Below are positions 34,745 to 45,500 of a stretch of DNA of 64,000 nt, one piece after another. Origin of the DNA: a virus. Under the pieces are notes generated by a model that made no database searches, had not been told where the DNA came from, and saw nothing but the letters and a program-made list of their open reading frames with translations. Position 1 is the stretch's first letter. Each line of letters opens with the position of its first letter. The position numbers were made by a program, and so were the translations under genes. The DNA lies in IMG/VR virus record IMGVR_UViG_3300042867_001289, positions 32,001 through 96,000 of that record, one strand, 5' to 3'.

Positions 34745-35967
34745 TGGAGTATGTTGAGTCCTCCCCATCCGTCTTCGTTGACGATGAGGCTGAGGGTTCC
34801 TGCGGCTGTTGTTGTTCCGTGGGCGTTTGCCCAGTATTCGCCTACTTTGGTTAGGGATGGGGCGATGAGTAGTAGTCGGCCTTCTTGTTCTTTGATGTTG
34901 AGGTGGTGGAAGTGTCCTGAGATGAGGATGTTTGCGTCTGCTAGGGATGGGATGGCTCTTCCCATTGCGTGTTTGGTCCACCAGTCCCATAGTGTGGGTA
35001 CTGCACCGTTTTTGGGTTTGGGTGTGTGTCCGTGGGTGAATGCGATGGTTTGGCCTGATACGCGGATTGCTAGTGCTATTTCTGATGCGGCTAGTCTGAA
35101 GCCGACGTTGTCGATTGATTCTGTTGCTGCGATGATTTCTGCTACTTGTTCGAAGACTGAGACGTCGTCGTTGTCGTTGATTGTTGTGTAGGCTTTGCCG
35201 TTTTTGCGGTTTTCGCCGTGGTTTCCTGGTACTGCTGCGACTTGGATTTGTTCGGCGTGTTTGGCTGTTTGGACGATGATGTCTCGGATGCCTCTGCGGA
35301 CTACTCGTGTTTGTTCTCTTCGGTCTAGTTCGACTGTGAATGCTTGGTTGGGGTAGTAGTCGCAGGTGTTTTCTACTAGGTCTCCTAGGCCTGCGATGAC
35401 TACTGTTCCGATGTTGTGTCCTGCGCGCCGGTGGTCTGCTAGTTGGTCGCAGATTTGTTCTGGTAGTGCTGCGATTGCCCGGATTTGTTCGTTGGTTCCG
35501 CCGAAGTCTGCGTTGCCGCATTGCCAGTCGGAGAGTGCTACGACGAATGTTTCGTCGCCTGTTTTGCGTTTCGATTTGGCGGGTTTTTGTTTGCGGGCTT
35601 CTATGTAGAGTTGTTCGAGCGATTCGTCTTGTGGTGTGTCGGGTGTTTTGAGGCGGATGTTTGCCCGGTAGCTGAAGCAGAGTGCACTGTAGGTGTCGCC
35701 GCCGATTTCGTCTCTTCGCCATCCGTCGTAGGAGCACCATTTGATGGTGTCTCCGACTATTTCGTATCGTTCTGGGTCTAGGCCTCGTTCTTTGAGGAGG
35801 TCGTCCCAGTTTTCTGGTGGTTGTTCTAGGGTGGATGTGGTGACTGTCCCTTTGGTTCCTTCCCAGGTTACGCCGGGTTCCCATCCTTTGGGGATGTGTT
35901 TGGTTCGTTCTGGTGGTTCTTCTATTTGTTTTGCTTCTAGTGCTTTTAGGTTGTCGGGGAGTTTCAT
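34741..35967 (-). CDS. calcineurin-like metallophosphoesterase/nuclease
   Basis: SDWQ, LGDLVE, PGNHG, THGH, SGHFHH motifs. Confidence 0.88.
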   Translation of the reverse strand: MKLPDNLKALEAKQIEEPPERTKHIPKGWEPGVTWEGTKGTVTTSTLEQPPENWDDLLKERGLDPERYEIVGDTIKWCSYDGWRRDEIGGDTYSALCFSYRANIRLKTPDTPQDESLEQLYIEARKQKPAKSKRKTGDETFVVALSDWQCGNADFGGTNEQIRAIAALPEQICDQLADHRRAGHNIGTVVIAGLGDLVENTCDYYPNQAFTVELDRREQTRVVRRGIRDIIVQTAKHAEQIQVAAVPGNHGENRKNGKAYTTINDNDDVSVFEQVAEIIAATESIDNVGFRLAASEIALAIRVSGQTIAFTHGHTPKPKNGAVPTLWDWWTKHAMGRAIPSLADANILISGHFHHLNIKEQEGRLLLIAPSLTKVGEYWANAHGTTTAAGTLSLIVNEDGWGGLNILQ

Positions 35968-36188
35968 GTGTAGCATCCGCATTTTTGGTTGCGGTGCGTG
36001 GTGAGGGTTTCTCTGCCGATGGTTACGTTTTCGGTTCGTAGGGCGTGGTGGATTTTGCGGATTGATACTCGCCCGTCTAGTAGGCGAAGTAGTACTTCAC
36101 CGCTTTCGGGGTCGATTTTTGCGAATTCGGAGACTTTGCATTCTCCTGGGATTTGTTGTTCGAGTTTGGCGAGTTGTTCAGTTAGCAT
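35964..36188 (-). CDS. hypothetical protein, 74 aa
   Basis: Coupled to phosphoesterase; C..., HR..CGC motif. Confidence 0.65.
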   Translation of the reverse strand: MLTEQLAKLEQQIPGECKVSEFAKIDPESGEVLLRLLDGRVSIRKIHHALRTENVTIGRETLTTHRNQKCGCYT

Positions 36189-36402
36189 TGTGGCCTTTCA
36201 GGTACCAGTGGGCTAGTAGCATGCCGGTTATTGCTCCGGTTATTTCTGGACCGTATTTTTGTTTGGCTGCCCATCTGATCCCTGTTGAGATGGTTGCTCT
36301 ATTTTGGCGTGTTGCGAGTGCGTTGTAAAGGCATGCGGTTATTGCGATCGTTGATGCCCCTGCAAGATTTTCGACCAGTGTTCGCCTATCGGTCGCTACC
36401 AT
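36178..36402 (-). CDS. hypothetical membrane protein, 74 aa
   Basis: GAGG RBS before MVATDRR, two hydrophobic segments. Confidence 0.55.
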   Translation of the reverse strand: MVATDRRTLVENLAGASTIAITACLYNALATRQNRATISTGIRWAAKQKYGPEITGAITGMLLAHWYLKGHNAN

Positions 36403-36453
36403 TGTTTCCTCTGGGGTTCGGGTGGGTGGCTCTTCCAGTGTAGTCTGTATTCC

Positions 36454-36915
36454 ATGCAGGGTAGCGAACCTAACGATTTTATTGGTAGTAGCGAGTGGGT
36501 GAACCCGGATCATTTGATGCGCCGCCCGTTGGAAAAAGCTTTGGATGGTGTCGATAATGTTGGGGTTGTGGTGGAGGAAGTTCTTAAAACTTTGGACGAG
36601 TACCGCATTATCAGTTATGGGGCACCGGACGCTTTGAAGCTTTTGACCCCTCAGGGTCGGGCTTTGATGCTTTTGATGGAGAACCCTGATTTGACGGTGC
36701 GGGAACTTTCGGTGATGTTAGGTGTCGCTGAAAGTAACGCCACTATGGCCATTTCGGCTTTAGTAAAGGCTAATCTCGTAGTAAGAACAAAAGTTGGTGG
36801 CCGTAATCAGTACAATTTTTCTTTTGAAGGCCTGTGCAATCACCCTGACGTATCAAGGTTCCTGGCTGCTATCACCCCTGTTGTTTCTGAGGAGCCCCCT
36901 GATATCAGCCTGTGA
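36454..36915 (+). CDS. winged-helix (MarR/ArsR-like) regulator
   Basis: LLT..GR.L....ENPD.TVRELS..LG...L..A.LV.RTKVG.RN.Y. Confidence 0.8.
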   Translation: MQGSEPNDFIGSSEWVNPDHLMRRPLEKALDGVDNVGVVVEEVLKTLDEYRIISYGAPDALKLLTPQGRALMLLMENPDLTVRELSVMLGVAESNATMAISALVKANLVVRTKVGGRNQYNFSFEGLCNHPDVSRFLAAITPVVSEEPPDISL

Positions 36916-37534
36916 ACTCCAGGTTTGTGGCTGTTTGCGCTGGGGCTAGTTGTACTGGCACCTGAGTTGTTGTGGTGGTACCAATAGTGGTACTAGTCGT
37001 GGTGCTAGTCGTTGTTGTTGACGCCGTTGTGGTAGTTGTTGTTGTGGGCGGCGGGCAAGGAAACCCCCAATGCTGTTGCGCTGTCGACAGATCAACAGGG
37101 AACAACATAGGGCCATGCCACACACCTGTCGGGCTGATCGTCTGAGGAGTCACCCCAGTAACAACATCAAACTGCACAGGGTTACAATCCTTCTTAAACG
37201 TAATCTCGGTAACCCCAGCATCCTTAATCGTAAAAGGAACTACTTCAAAAAGTTCTTGAGGCCAAGCAACCCCTCCACCCGGCATCGAATAAATCACAGC
37301 AGAAGCTTTAACCGCAGAACACAAAGGCGCAGAAGCCGTAACGGTAATGACAAACGTATCGTCCGAAGAAGAAACCTTATTAGTCAAAGCCAGCAAAGCC
37401 GGAAGGCAAAACCCTTGCACAGGGTCAGACTCCTGAACCACAGTGATAAACGAATCCTCTTCAGCCCCCACCGAAAAGTTAACCCCACCAAACATGACGG
37501 TAAGAATTGTTAACGTTGCTACTATCTTTTTCAT
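36905..37534 (-). CDS. secreted Thr-rich protein ending in FTG
   Basis: Signal peptide, Cys-containing beta domain, Thr stalk, LAPAQTATNLEFTG. Confidence 0.75.
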   Translation of the reverse strand: MKKIVATLTILTVMFGGVNFSVGAEEDSFITVVQESDPVQGFCLPALLALTNKVSSSDDTFVITVTASAPLCSAVKASAVIYSMPGGGVAWPQELFEVVPFTIKDAGVTEITFKKDCNPVQFDVVTGVTPQTISPTGVWHGPMLFPVDLSTAQQHWGFPCPPPTTTTTTTASTTTTSTTTSTTIGTTTTTQVPVQLAPAQTATNLEFTG

Positions 37535-37602
37535 TTAAAACTCTCCTAAATATTATGCGAATTTCGCCAAAAAATTTGTCTGATATCACTACAACTAAAA
37601 GC

Positions 37603-38268
37603 CTAATGGGCGTTTATACAAACCCAACCATACTTATCAAAACTCTCATCCAACACATCCGGCACAAGACCCGATTTCCAAAGAGCATACCCGCAACTCA
37701 CCTGATCCCGTGACGTCCAATCCAGAACCTCCCGAAACCAAATTTCGCCAAAAAATTTTACTTTGGGGACGTTCATATCTCTAGCTTGAACACCTGCCGC
37801 ATACAACCCGTAATGCTCAGGGAACCCCTCCTTCTTATAGGAGTCGCATTGCCCTTCAAAATCCTGGTCAGAGTAGCCCGTTCCCATTAAGACTTCGGCT
37901 TCATCGTACCCACAATCCCTATCATCCCAATGAGGGGACAGCACGAGACCCCTATACAGAAACGAAAGCACCTCTTCAACAAAATTATCGTTCACTATCT
38001 GCATCGACCCGTCAACCCAGATCACATAGTCGTATTCGCACAGCGCTGGGATCATATGGGGGTTTAGCTTTGGTATCTTAGCGAGCTTCCGCAGGTCTCC
38101 TATGATGCCTTCAGGGAGTCTGCAGACTTGCCATTCGCTATCTGCTGGGGAGCTCTGCCCGTCTGTAAAGTACAAGTAATCAACATCGTCCCTATAAGCA
38201 GCAGTGTGCTTTATTGGACGGTCATACCCACCAGTAACTGCTGTAACAACAGCTATCCGGTTCATCAC
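37603..38268 (-). CDS. DUF616-like glycosyltransferase
   Basis: TA.TGGYD, YFTD, K.PKL.PH, IWVDGS, H..R.C.Y.E, RDQ.S motifs. Confidence 0.8.
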   Translation of the reverse strand: MMNRIAVVTAVTGGYDRPIKHTAAYRDDVDYLYFTDGQSSPADSEWQVCRLPEGIIGDLRKLAKIPKLNPHMIPALCEYDYVIWVDGSMQIVNDNFVEEVLSFLYRGLVLSPHWDDRDCGYDEAEVLMGTGYSDQDFEGQCDSYKKEGFPEHYGLYAAGVQARDMNVPKVKFFGEIWFREVLDWTSRDQVSCGYALWKSGLVPDVLDESFDKYGWVCINAH

Positions 38269-38271
38269 AAC

Positions 38272-38592
38272 CTACTGCTGCGCATCCAGCCAGCTAGCAA
38301 ACACTTCATCATTCAAAGGAATGACCCACACTTGGGCCTGATCCAAATCGTAATGATCGCCCTGAATAGTCCATGCCACTTCCATAGCCCCAGTCGGAAC
38401 ACACGAACCGACGTTGCACTCTAAACCGAAACGGTTAATAAAATGCTTGACCACACAAGAAGTCTGCTGGTGAACACACTCACCAGAACCAGGACAAGTA
38501 ATATCTTCAACTACCAACTCCGCATTCTGTAAACGCAAATGCAAAACATGGTGATCCGAATGCCAGATATTACCTAAATCTACTGAGCTCAC
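38272..38592 (-). CDS. hypothetical protein, 106 aa
   Basis: Colinear ORF, Cys-rich. Confidence 0.65.
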   Translation of the reverse strand: MSSVDLGNIWHSDHHVLHLRLQNAELVVEDITCPGSGECVHQQTSCVVKHFINRFGLECNVGSCVPTGAMEVAWTIQGDHYDLDQAQVWVIPLNDEVFASWLDAQQ

Positions 38593-38762
38593 GAATCCTC
38601 AGGCGTATCATCCTGCAACTTAGCAACTTCAGCTTCGAGCATACGGATCAACCCACGCAAAGCCGCATTCTGAGTCATAAGGTTTGTGATATCCATTTGC
38701 ATTTCCTGCATCATGATCTCTGGGGGAATGGAGGGAACGTCTGGGATCGGAGCGTCTGACAT
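38589..38762 (-). CDS. 57-aa coiled-coil hypothetical protein
   Basis: MSDAPIPDV...; AAGGA RBS, GTGA overlap downstream. Confidence 0.6.
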   Translation of the reverse strand: MSDAPIPDVPSIPPEIMMQEMQMDITNLMTQNAALRGLIRMLEAEVAKLQDDTPEDS

Positions 38763-38852
38763 GTGATTCCTTTATGTAGTGTTTATAAGGCAAATACAAG
38801 GTTAGTACATAGTAATGACAAAATCAACTCATAGAATATGGTCAATATTCGA

Positions 38853-39788
38853 TCAAAAAGCGACATCCACCGAGGTGCTATCACCCCAGTCGACAACGCC
38901 GGTCCTACTCAGATTCACTAAAGACGAAGCTCCGAAAGCCGCATACCATATGTTGCTCGAATTTTCTGCAATCACATAGGTGGGAGCGTCCCCGTCGGCA
39001 ACAGCAATAATTTCAATTTCTGATGAATACGGTTCAAATCTTATCAACTGGTCATTGATATCAGAGGTGATCCACAGATAGGTTCCGTCTGAATCCACAG
39101 AATATGATCGGGCTGTAATCGGTATTGTATCTACAAGTAGATTGTTATATGTATCAATTTTGTAAATCGCAAAACCAGCTATAACCCAAAGATATCCAAA
39201 ATCGTAAACACCAGGGACGTCTTGAATGTATATCTCAGACAGTGGGATTGTGGCATATATTTCAAGGGAAACAGGATCGAACTTCAAAACTTCTTTAGAA
39301 GCAGTATCAATAGTCCAAATCGAATCATCGACACCTATAACCTTGCTTATACTGCGTAAAACGTAATCGTTATCCGGTCCAAAATCGAATAGCCAGGGGT
39401 CATCAATAACAAAAGTCGAAGGATTCACTCGGATCAAACTGTTGCCTCGTGAGACCCATATGTCACCGTTTGCAAAATCCACATTCCGTGGCTGTATCCC
39501 ATTAGTAGTCAGAAAACTTTCATCGGACAGATTTGTCTCTGGGTCAATCCTAAACAACCCACCATCGTTATAGCCAAAACAAGCAACCCAAATATAACCA
39601 AATTCGTCAACAGTGATATCAACCGGACCCTCGCCTACAGCTATGGTATCTAAAATCGTATTTGAAACAGGATCAACCCTAGAAACCGAATTATCAAAGT
39701 ATTGGGTAACCCATATAGACCCCGATGTAAAAACGCACTGAAAGGGTATTTCACCAAGATTGATTCGTTGCGTTTCCTCGTAAGCCAT
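38853..39788 (-). CDS. YncE/Vgb-like beta-propeller protein
   Basis: Repeated IWV....V.R.DP.....TI.VG blades. Confidence 0.75.
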   Translation of the reverse strand: MAYEETQRINLGEIPFQCVFTSGSIWVTQYFDNSVSRVDPVSNTILDTIAVGEGPVDITVDEFGYIWVACFGYNDGGLFRIDPETNLSDESFLTTNGIQPRNVDFANGDIWVSRGNSLIRVNPSTFVIDDPWLFDFGPDNDYVLRSISKVIGVDDSIWTIDTASKEVLKFDPVSLEIYATIPLSEIYIQDVPGVYDFGYLWVIAGFAIYKIDTYNNLLVDTIPITARSYSVDSDGTYLWITSDINDQLIRFEPYSSEIEIIAVADGDAPTYVIAENSSNIWYAAFGASSLVNLSRTGVVDWGDSTSVDVAF

Positions 39789-39812
39789 TAGATCATCTTA
39801 CCCTAGAAGGCC

Positions 39813-40796
39813 TTAACCGTTCTCTTCAAGAACCCAGACTTCAAAATCCTGAATACTCAAATTAGCTAAAGCGGAAAGATCTTTCTGGTCCCACCTAGAA
39901 TCGGGTTCAAGCATCGTGGAATTGTGTCCACCAGAGTCAACAATCATGATCCCTGGCCCCTGATAACAATCCATCACAGCATTCGCCTGAGGATTAGTTT
40001 TTCTGCCAAAACCGCTATCTGTTAAACGGGTTCGTGCCGATTCTTTCAAACGTAATACAGCCCCCATAGGCGGAGCGTCAACAGCAGAACTTTTGCCATC
40101 GGATCCCTTAGCAGGCCAAATAAACTCCGATGATGCGGCCACGACCCCCATGCTCGCACGTTGCACCCACCCAGCGAGCACAAGATCGTCATAGCGAAGC
40201 GTAAGCTCCGCTAGCGACTGCCGGGCAACCGAACACCCTTCAGCCTCATACGAGCCTTCTAGGAGGGAATGCTGGGTGACCTTAGCCGCCTGAGTACAGG
40301 CATTGCCTCTGTCATAAAACTCACCGGCCTCAGTAATCGTCATAGATGACAGATCGTAAACATGGAGTTTATGATCGCTGTAATCCTGCATCGGATTACC
40401 CTGGATCATCATCCTCGGATCGTATTTGAACATCTTCCCATAAGGTGCGGCCCATCCGGTTCCGATCCAACATTTATTTACACCATAACCTGTTGATACC
40501 AGGTATTTGCGATCCGTTAGCTTGGCAAGATTTAGCGGATAGCCATCGACTACACCATTAACTTTAGGTTTAGTGCTTCCCGTAAATATTGATATACCTT
40601 TAGACGTACTATCAGTAGCGGCCAAATGGCCGATCATTAAAGACGATAAAGGGTGCCTAGTTTTTGGGATAGTAGTAAACGCTTTATCATCATCCGGGTG
40701 CCAGGGTTTAGCGGGCAACGATGGGGTCGCAGGATAATTCCAACGTTTCCAAACCCAAACATTATTTACAAAAATATCCCACAAACCCATTTTCAT
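39813..40796 (-). CDS. hypothetical protein sharing a domain with 57510-63314
   Basis: DH, WPAKGSDG, MG.VLRL, G..IVD.GG motifs also in the PKD protein. Confidence 0.7.
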   Translation of the reverse strand: MKMGLWDIFVNNVWVWKRWNYPATPSLPAKPWHPDDDKAFTTIPKTRHPLSSLMIGHLAATDSTSKGISIFTGSTKPKVNGVVDGYPLNLAKLTDRKYLVSTGYGVNKCWIGTGWAAPYGKMFKYDPRMMIQGNPMQDYSDHKLHVYDLSSMTITEAGEFYDRGNACTQAAKVTQHSLLEGSYEAEGCSVARQSLAELTLRYDDLVLAGWVQRASMGVVAASSEFIWPAKGSDGKSSAVDAPPMGAVLRLKESARTRLTDSGFGRKTNPQANAVMDCYQGPGIMIVDSGGHNSTMLEPDSRWDQKDLSALANLSIQDFEVWVLEENG

Positions 40797-40798
40797 GA

Positions 40799-41251
40799 CT
40801 AGCCCTCATCTTCACCAGATGTGCGACGATCAGGCTTTATGTCGATTCCCATGTTGTCTATAAAATTTTCGAACCTTTTACGTTCTGACTCGGTCGCTGA
40901 AAGCAGTTGCATTCCTTTTTCAAGTTCACTAATACGATGATGAATCGGGGTTGCCGTGCCATTAGGTCCCAAATGGTAACGTTCATAGTCACTCATTTTC
41001 GCAAGTCGATCCTCGATACACTTATGGTCTAGTGCCATCTGCTCAATAGACCACTCCTGATACTGCACAAGCGCCTCATTATTAGACGCAATGTCATCCT
41101 TCAGTGGTTCTACCCCAACGCTCACTTGTTTAGCTGCCCAACGCCCAGTAACACCTGAGATCTTTTCGACAAGCACAAATAGACCGATGAGAATAGCTAC
41201 AGTCGAAGCTAATACCGCTATGGTTTCCGCCGCCTGAAACCCCACGACCAC
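40799..41251 (-). CDS. membrane-anchored lysis-cassette protein
   Basis: N-terminal TM then coiled coil, downstream of holin. Confidence 0.6.
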   Translation of the reverse strand: MVVGFQAAETIAVLASTVAILIGLFVLVEKISGVTGRWAAKQVSVGVEPLKDDIASNNEALVQYQEWSIEQMALDHKCIEDRLAKMSDYERYHLGPNGTATPIHHRISELEKGMQLLSATESERKRFENFIDNMGIDIKPDRRTSGEDEG

Positions 41252-41430
41252 TACTGTGCTTTGGTCGAAGTATTAGCTGAAGCCAAACCGAAACCCAAAA
41301 CAGTGGAAGCCAGTCCAAGCCAAACGGCAATCTGTCGCGAATCCACAACGCCATATGCCACCAGTATTGGTACTACCGCCACCAAAACACGGTAGATATA
41401 GGCTCGTGTTTGCTCATTTTTAAGACTCAT
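41251..41430 (-). CDS. putative holin
   Basis: 59 aa, two TM segments (RAYIYRVLVAVVPILVAYG...), next to endolysin. Confidence 0.75.
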   Translation of the reverse strand: MSLKNEQTRAYIYRVLVAVVPILVAYGVVDSRQIAVWLGLASTVLGFGLASANTSTKAQ

Positions 41431-41459
41431 TTTGTTTCCTTTGCTCGTGAAATATGAGG

Positions 41460-42332
41460 TCATCGTGTTAGCCAAAACCACGTTGCTGGGCCGATGATTC
41501 CATCAACCTTCATTTGGGCATCGCTAAGTCGGAAAAACTTTTTTACATTTCGTTGAAAGATTCTGGTAGCAGCCGCTGATGCGGGCCCAAAATTGCCATC
41601 GATTTCCAAATCTGGCCCGTCAAGCTTGTTGTTCAAAAGTGCTTGCGCCCATCTAGCCGCATCCCCTTTTGAGCCTTGCTTCACGATCTGTTTTGATGCT
41701 GCCGCTATCCCTGCTGCTATCGCCACAAGATCTACACCTCCGGCCACTGGTGCAGGCTCTGGGACAGGCTCTGGCACTGGTGCCTGCCCTTCATGCCATT
41801 GGCGGCAGAACTCGGCAGTAATCGTTCTCATATCCTCACCAGAGACAGTATGCATATCGATCTTACGGGTTGTGTATTCTTTATGCATACAACAAGCAGG
41901 GATTCGACCCGTGTCATAACCAATCAGTGCCGCCGTCACCTTAGCGACCACAAACAATTGGTCCAGCCGCCATGGCTCAGTAGAATCGTAACCCGTATTT
42001 TCTACTTCAATGCCATACATTGTACTATTGCCCCTGTTCGTAATACCCTGCCATCCCCCAGTACCAGCGTGATTTGCTTTGCCAGCCGCGATCACAATGC
42101 AAATATTTGAACGCGTGATAAGAACGTTACATAAAGGCCCGGCGAGATCAGCGCGACCGTTAGTCACAATCCCCAGCGAAGGGGCATCTTTGCCAAGACC
42201 TGAAGCGGTATGATGCCACATAACCCCGTTTGGGGTGAAGCCATCTGATTTACCACGGGTTTGCCAACCTGGTTGCTCTTCAACAACAAGACCTGCTTCT
42301 CGTAGCCTATCTGCTATGCCCAAATCTCTCAT
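41460..42332 (-). CDS. endolysin: N-acetylmuramoyl-L-alanine amidase with peptidoglycan-binding domain
   Basis: WHHTA, AGKANHAG, GIEVEN, HKE...RKID; C-terminal DG.FGP / DGIIGP.TW. Confidence 0.92.
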   Translation of the reverse strand: MRDLGIADRLREAGLVVEEQPGWQTRGKSDGFTPNGVMWHHTASGLGKDAPSLGIVTNGRADLAGPLCNVLITRSNICIVIAAGKANHAGTGGWQGITNRGNSTMYGIEVENTGYDSTEPWRLDQLFVVAKVTAALIGYDTGRIPACCMHKEYTTRKIDMHTVSGEDMRTITAEFCRQWHEGQAPVPEPVPEPAPVAGGVDLVAIAAGIAAASKQIVKQGSKGDAARWAQALLNNKLDGPDLEIDGNFGPASAAATRIFQRNVKKFFRLSDAQMKVDGIIGPATWFWLTR

Positions 42333-42598
42333 AGTTGCCCTTCTCCTTGCAGTGTGAGTATTGCAGCGTCTAGGCCGTCAGTTATAGCTAACTTTACAGC
42401 ATTGATTGTTGTAGCTTCAGTTAGTCTGGAACTAATCTCGTCATGCATAGCCTGAGCCGCAATTACCTCTGGGGATGGTCTTATTTCCGGTTCTGGATCT
42501 GCTGCCCGCTGCGTAAGAAAAGCCGCAGAAGGTGTGACAAGCACCCATGTGACACCATCGTCCGAGTGCCATTCGCCATTTGTATCTGTACGTTCCAT
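42329..42598 (-). CDS. hypothetical protein (possible tail fiber chaperone)
   Basis: 89 aa directly after fiber gene. Confidence 0.6.
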   Translation of the reverse strand: MERTDTNGEWHSDDGVTWVLVTPSAAFLTQRAADPEPEIRPSPEVIAAQAMHDEISSRLTEATTINAVKLAITDGLDAAILTLQGEGQL

Positions 42599-45500
42599 TA
42601 TACAAGTCCTAACACTGTGATTTTTGATCCAATTGCAAAGTTATCTGCGCTTGGGAAAACCAATATTGAAGTAATCGCAGCAGTATCGTTTGCGAATATC
42701 AAAGCGTTCTGTGTGACCGCTACGCCGACCGCTGCTGTCGAAAGTTGGTGGACCCCCCTTTGAACGCCTGCCGTGTACTTCCCAACCCCACCTACAGTAA
42801 AATCGCACTCCCAGTAGCCTTGACGGTTTGTATTCGTGAGTGAACCAGGAAGCGAACCGTTGGAGTTAAAAGATGTGGTTGCGGCACTAGCGTTGATAAG
42901 ATACTCAGAGGCGGTTGACCCGTTAATTCTCATGCGCACGCCAACTGATGTGGCAGCAGAATCCCCTCGGCCTTGCAAGACAATCTTGATGTTTGAATAG
43001 CCGGTTGGATTGATATCAACACTTGCCGTGGCTGACGCAAACGTAGTTTTGCTAAGAACTTTGTAACCAGTGTTAAGAGTGTCCAAGATAGTTTTATCCG
43101 CAGCGCTCATCGAACCGGGGAGCGATGTGGTAGCAGAATTTATCGAAATATCAGGTGCGCTACTTGACCCACTGCTAACAATGGGTGCCGTTCCAGTAAC
43201 GCTCGTAATCGCTGTACTCCAGCTTTGATCACCACGCAAAAACGTGGTGGCAGATGCGGTACCGCTAGTGGCTAAGAAGTTTGTGCCGATCAAGTTAGGC
43301 ACATCGTTTGTGCGGCCCGGTCCAAGTACCATCACCGAGCCTGTTGTGGCGTGAACACGAGTAACTCTGGCGACGTTCTGAACCAAGTCTGTTGCAGCTG
43401 TTGGTCTGGTGTTTGTTAGCCCACCACCGGGTGCAACAAACATGCCGGAGTTGATTCCATAGCCAGTGGTGTTGAGGCCAGTGATAGTCCCCATAATCAT
43501 CACAAGGCCCGTACCATTGATGGCTAGGTCTTGCATAAGCAGGCCAATAGAGGGCATCTTTGCGCCTACTGAAGCGTCAGCGCCAGCAACTTCAATCACG
43601 GTAGTCGCACCGACGGTTCCAGTCGCATAAACCGGAGTTCCTTTAGTGAGCGCACCTCCTGATGTGTTCTTTACGCTGATCTGGAGTGGAACATCATCAG
43701 TCCATGTTGAGTCTCCACGCAAGAAGGTATCTGCGCTTGCTGTTCCTGTGCCAAGTAACGCTGGACTAAAGATGCCTGTTGTGGTTTGCGATGCGTCAAT
43801 CGGTCCAAGAGTGACATTCGGATCTGTAGGTGTCCCCGTAATCGCTATTGGTGAGGTGCCAGTCACCGACTGGACCGTGCCCGGATCGCCCTGAGCGCCT
43901 TCAGCGGCAATCAAAGTCCAATAAGTGCCTTCGACGGGGGTATCACCGGTGTTTCCACCATGAGCGTCTAGCCGGTACCACGTTTGACCTTCATAGGTTG
44001 CAATATCACCGATAGCGTATGATGCACCGGCAGAATACGCACCGGTGAAGTTCCAAAGAGCAGGAGCACCCGGATCACCCTGTGGACCAGGATCGCCCTG
44101 AGCACCCGGATCACCCTGTGGACCAGGATCGCCCTGAGCACCCGGATCACCCTGTGGACCAGGATCGCCCTGTGGACCAGGATCGCCCTGAGCACCCGGA
44201 TCACCCTGTGGACCAGGATCGCCCTGAGCACCCGGATCGCCCTGTGGACCCGGATCGCCCTGTGGACCCGGATCGCCTTGAGCACCCGGATCACCTTGAG
44301 CACCCGGATCGCCCTGTGGACCCGCAACATTGATTGAAAACGTAACTAGTTCAGCATTGCTGAAGGAGCCGTAACCCATGTTGCTAGGGTTGACGGTGAA
44401 GATAACGTAACTGCCGCCTTCTGTGTCGACAGTACCGCCAACACATGAAACAATTTCCCAGCTTGCATATGTCGAAGGGTCAGATTGACTCGTGACCAGT
44501 AAATAACCACCCTGAATACTCAAAAATAGTTCGTGTAGAGTCGTGTTTATCCCATATGGGTTGTCGTCTACCACTATCTGAGTTGCGCTTGAATACGGCA
44601 CCGTAACGAAACCGATGTGATCGTTGCCTGGGTCTCGGTCGCCAGCGTCAAGAGTGTTGATTGTGTAAGTCCAAGACAATCCACCTGGTGACCCCTGAGC
44701 TCCGGGGTCACCTTGAGCTCCGGGATCACCTGGGTCACCTTGAGCGCCAGGATCGCCCTGAGCACCGGGATCGCCCTGTGGACCCGGATCGCCCTGAGCA
44801 CCAACTAATGACGCTAACCACGCAGCCTCATTGCCAACGAACCCCTCTTCGACAGCAATTTCATATGCTGACAAGCCAGAAGTCCCCGTAAGATCAAAAG
44901 CGTCGATAACAGCGAAAGCTTCTTCAGCAGTACCAACATACAATCCGGCGTTTTCATAACTGAGCGTACCTGTGAATCCGGTATAAGTTCCAATCTGAAC
45001 TTCGGCACCAGTCAGCGAATGGGGTATAAAACTAGTAGCAGCTGCAAGCGGGTCAATAAACCCACCGAGACCAGCACCTTCATTAAAGCCAACCCACAAA
45101 GCTGGGGTAAACAAGCCAGCACCACCGCAGCCAACTGAAACTACTTGACCGCCAAGAACTTCAACAGGTTCAAAATCAACGTCATGGACAAGAGCGTAAA
45201 CGGTTGGCATTTCATCGCCGACAAGCATCAATAAAACATGCTGGTTGGGATCTGCTTCCCACAGTTCAGAGTTCACATACGACTGTGTAATCGTCCAGCG
45301 TGCTGGGCAATCGTAGACAGCCCACTCAGAGTCTTCTGCCAGTATCGCCGGAGCCGAGGGCAAGTACTGCATCAAATATATGACATCACCGGGTTCTGGA
45401 GTCAAGGAAGGGGTCATCAGGACAACAGCAGCAGCGAATGAACCTGTCCCATCAGCACCATCAGCACCATCAGCACCATCAGCACCAGGGGGCCCATCAG

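Noticed and set aside
34436-35884. 482-aa Arg-rich ORF
   Set aside because: Alternative frame of the phosphoesterase gene caused by T-poor coding strand; only the last 102 aa look real
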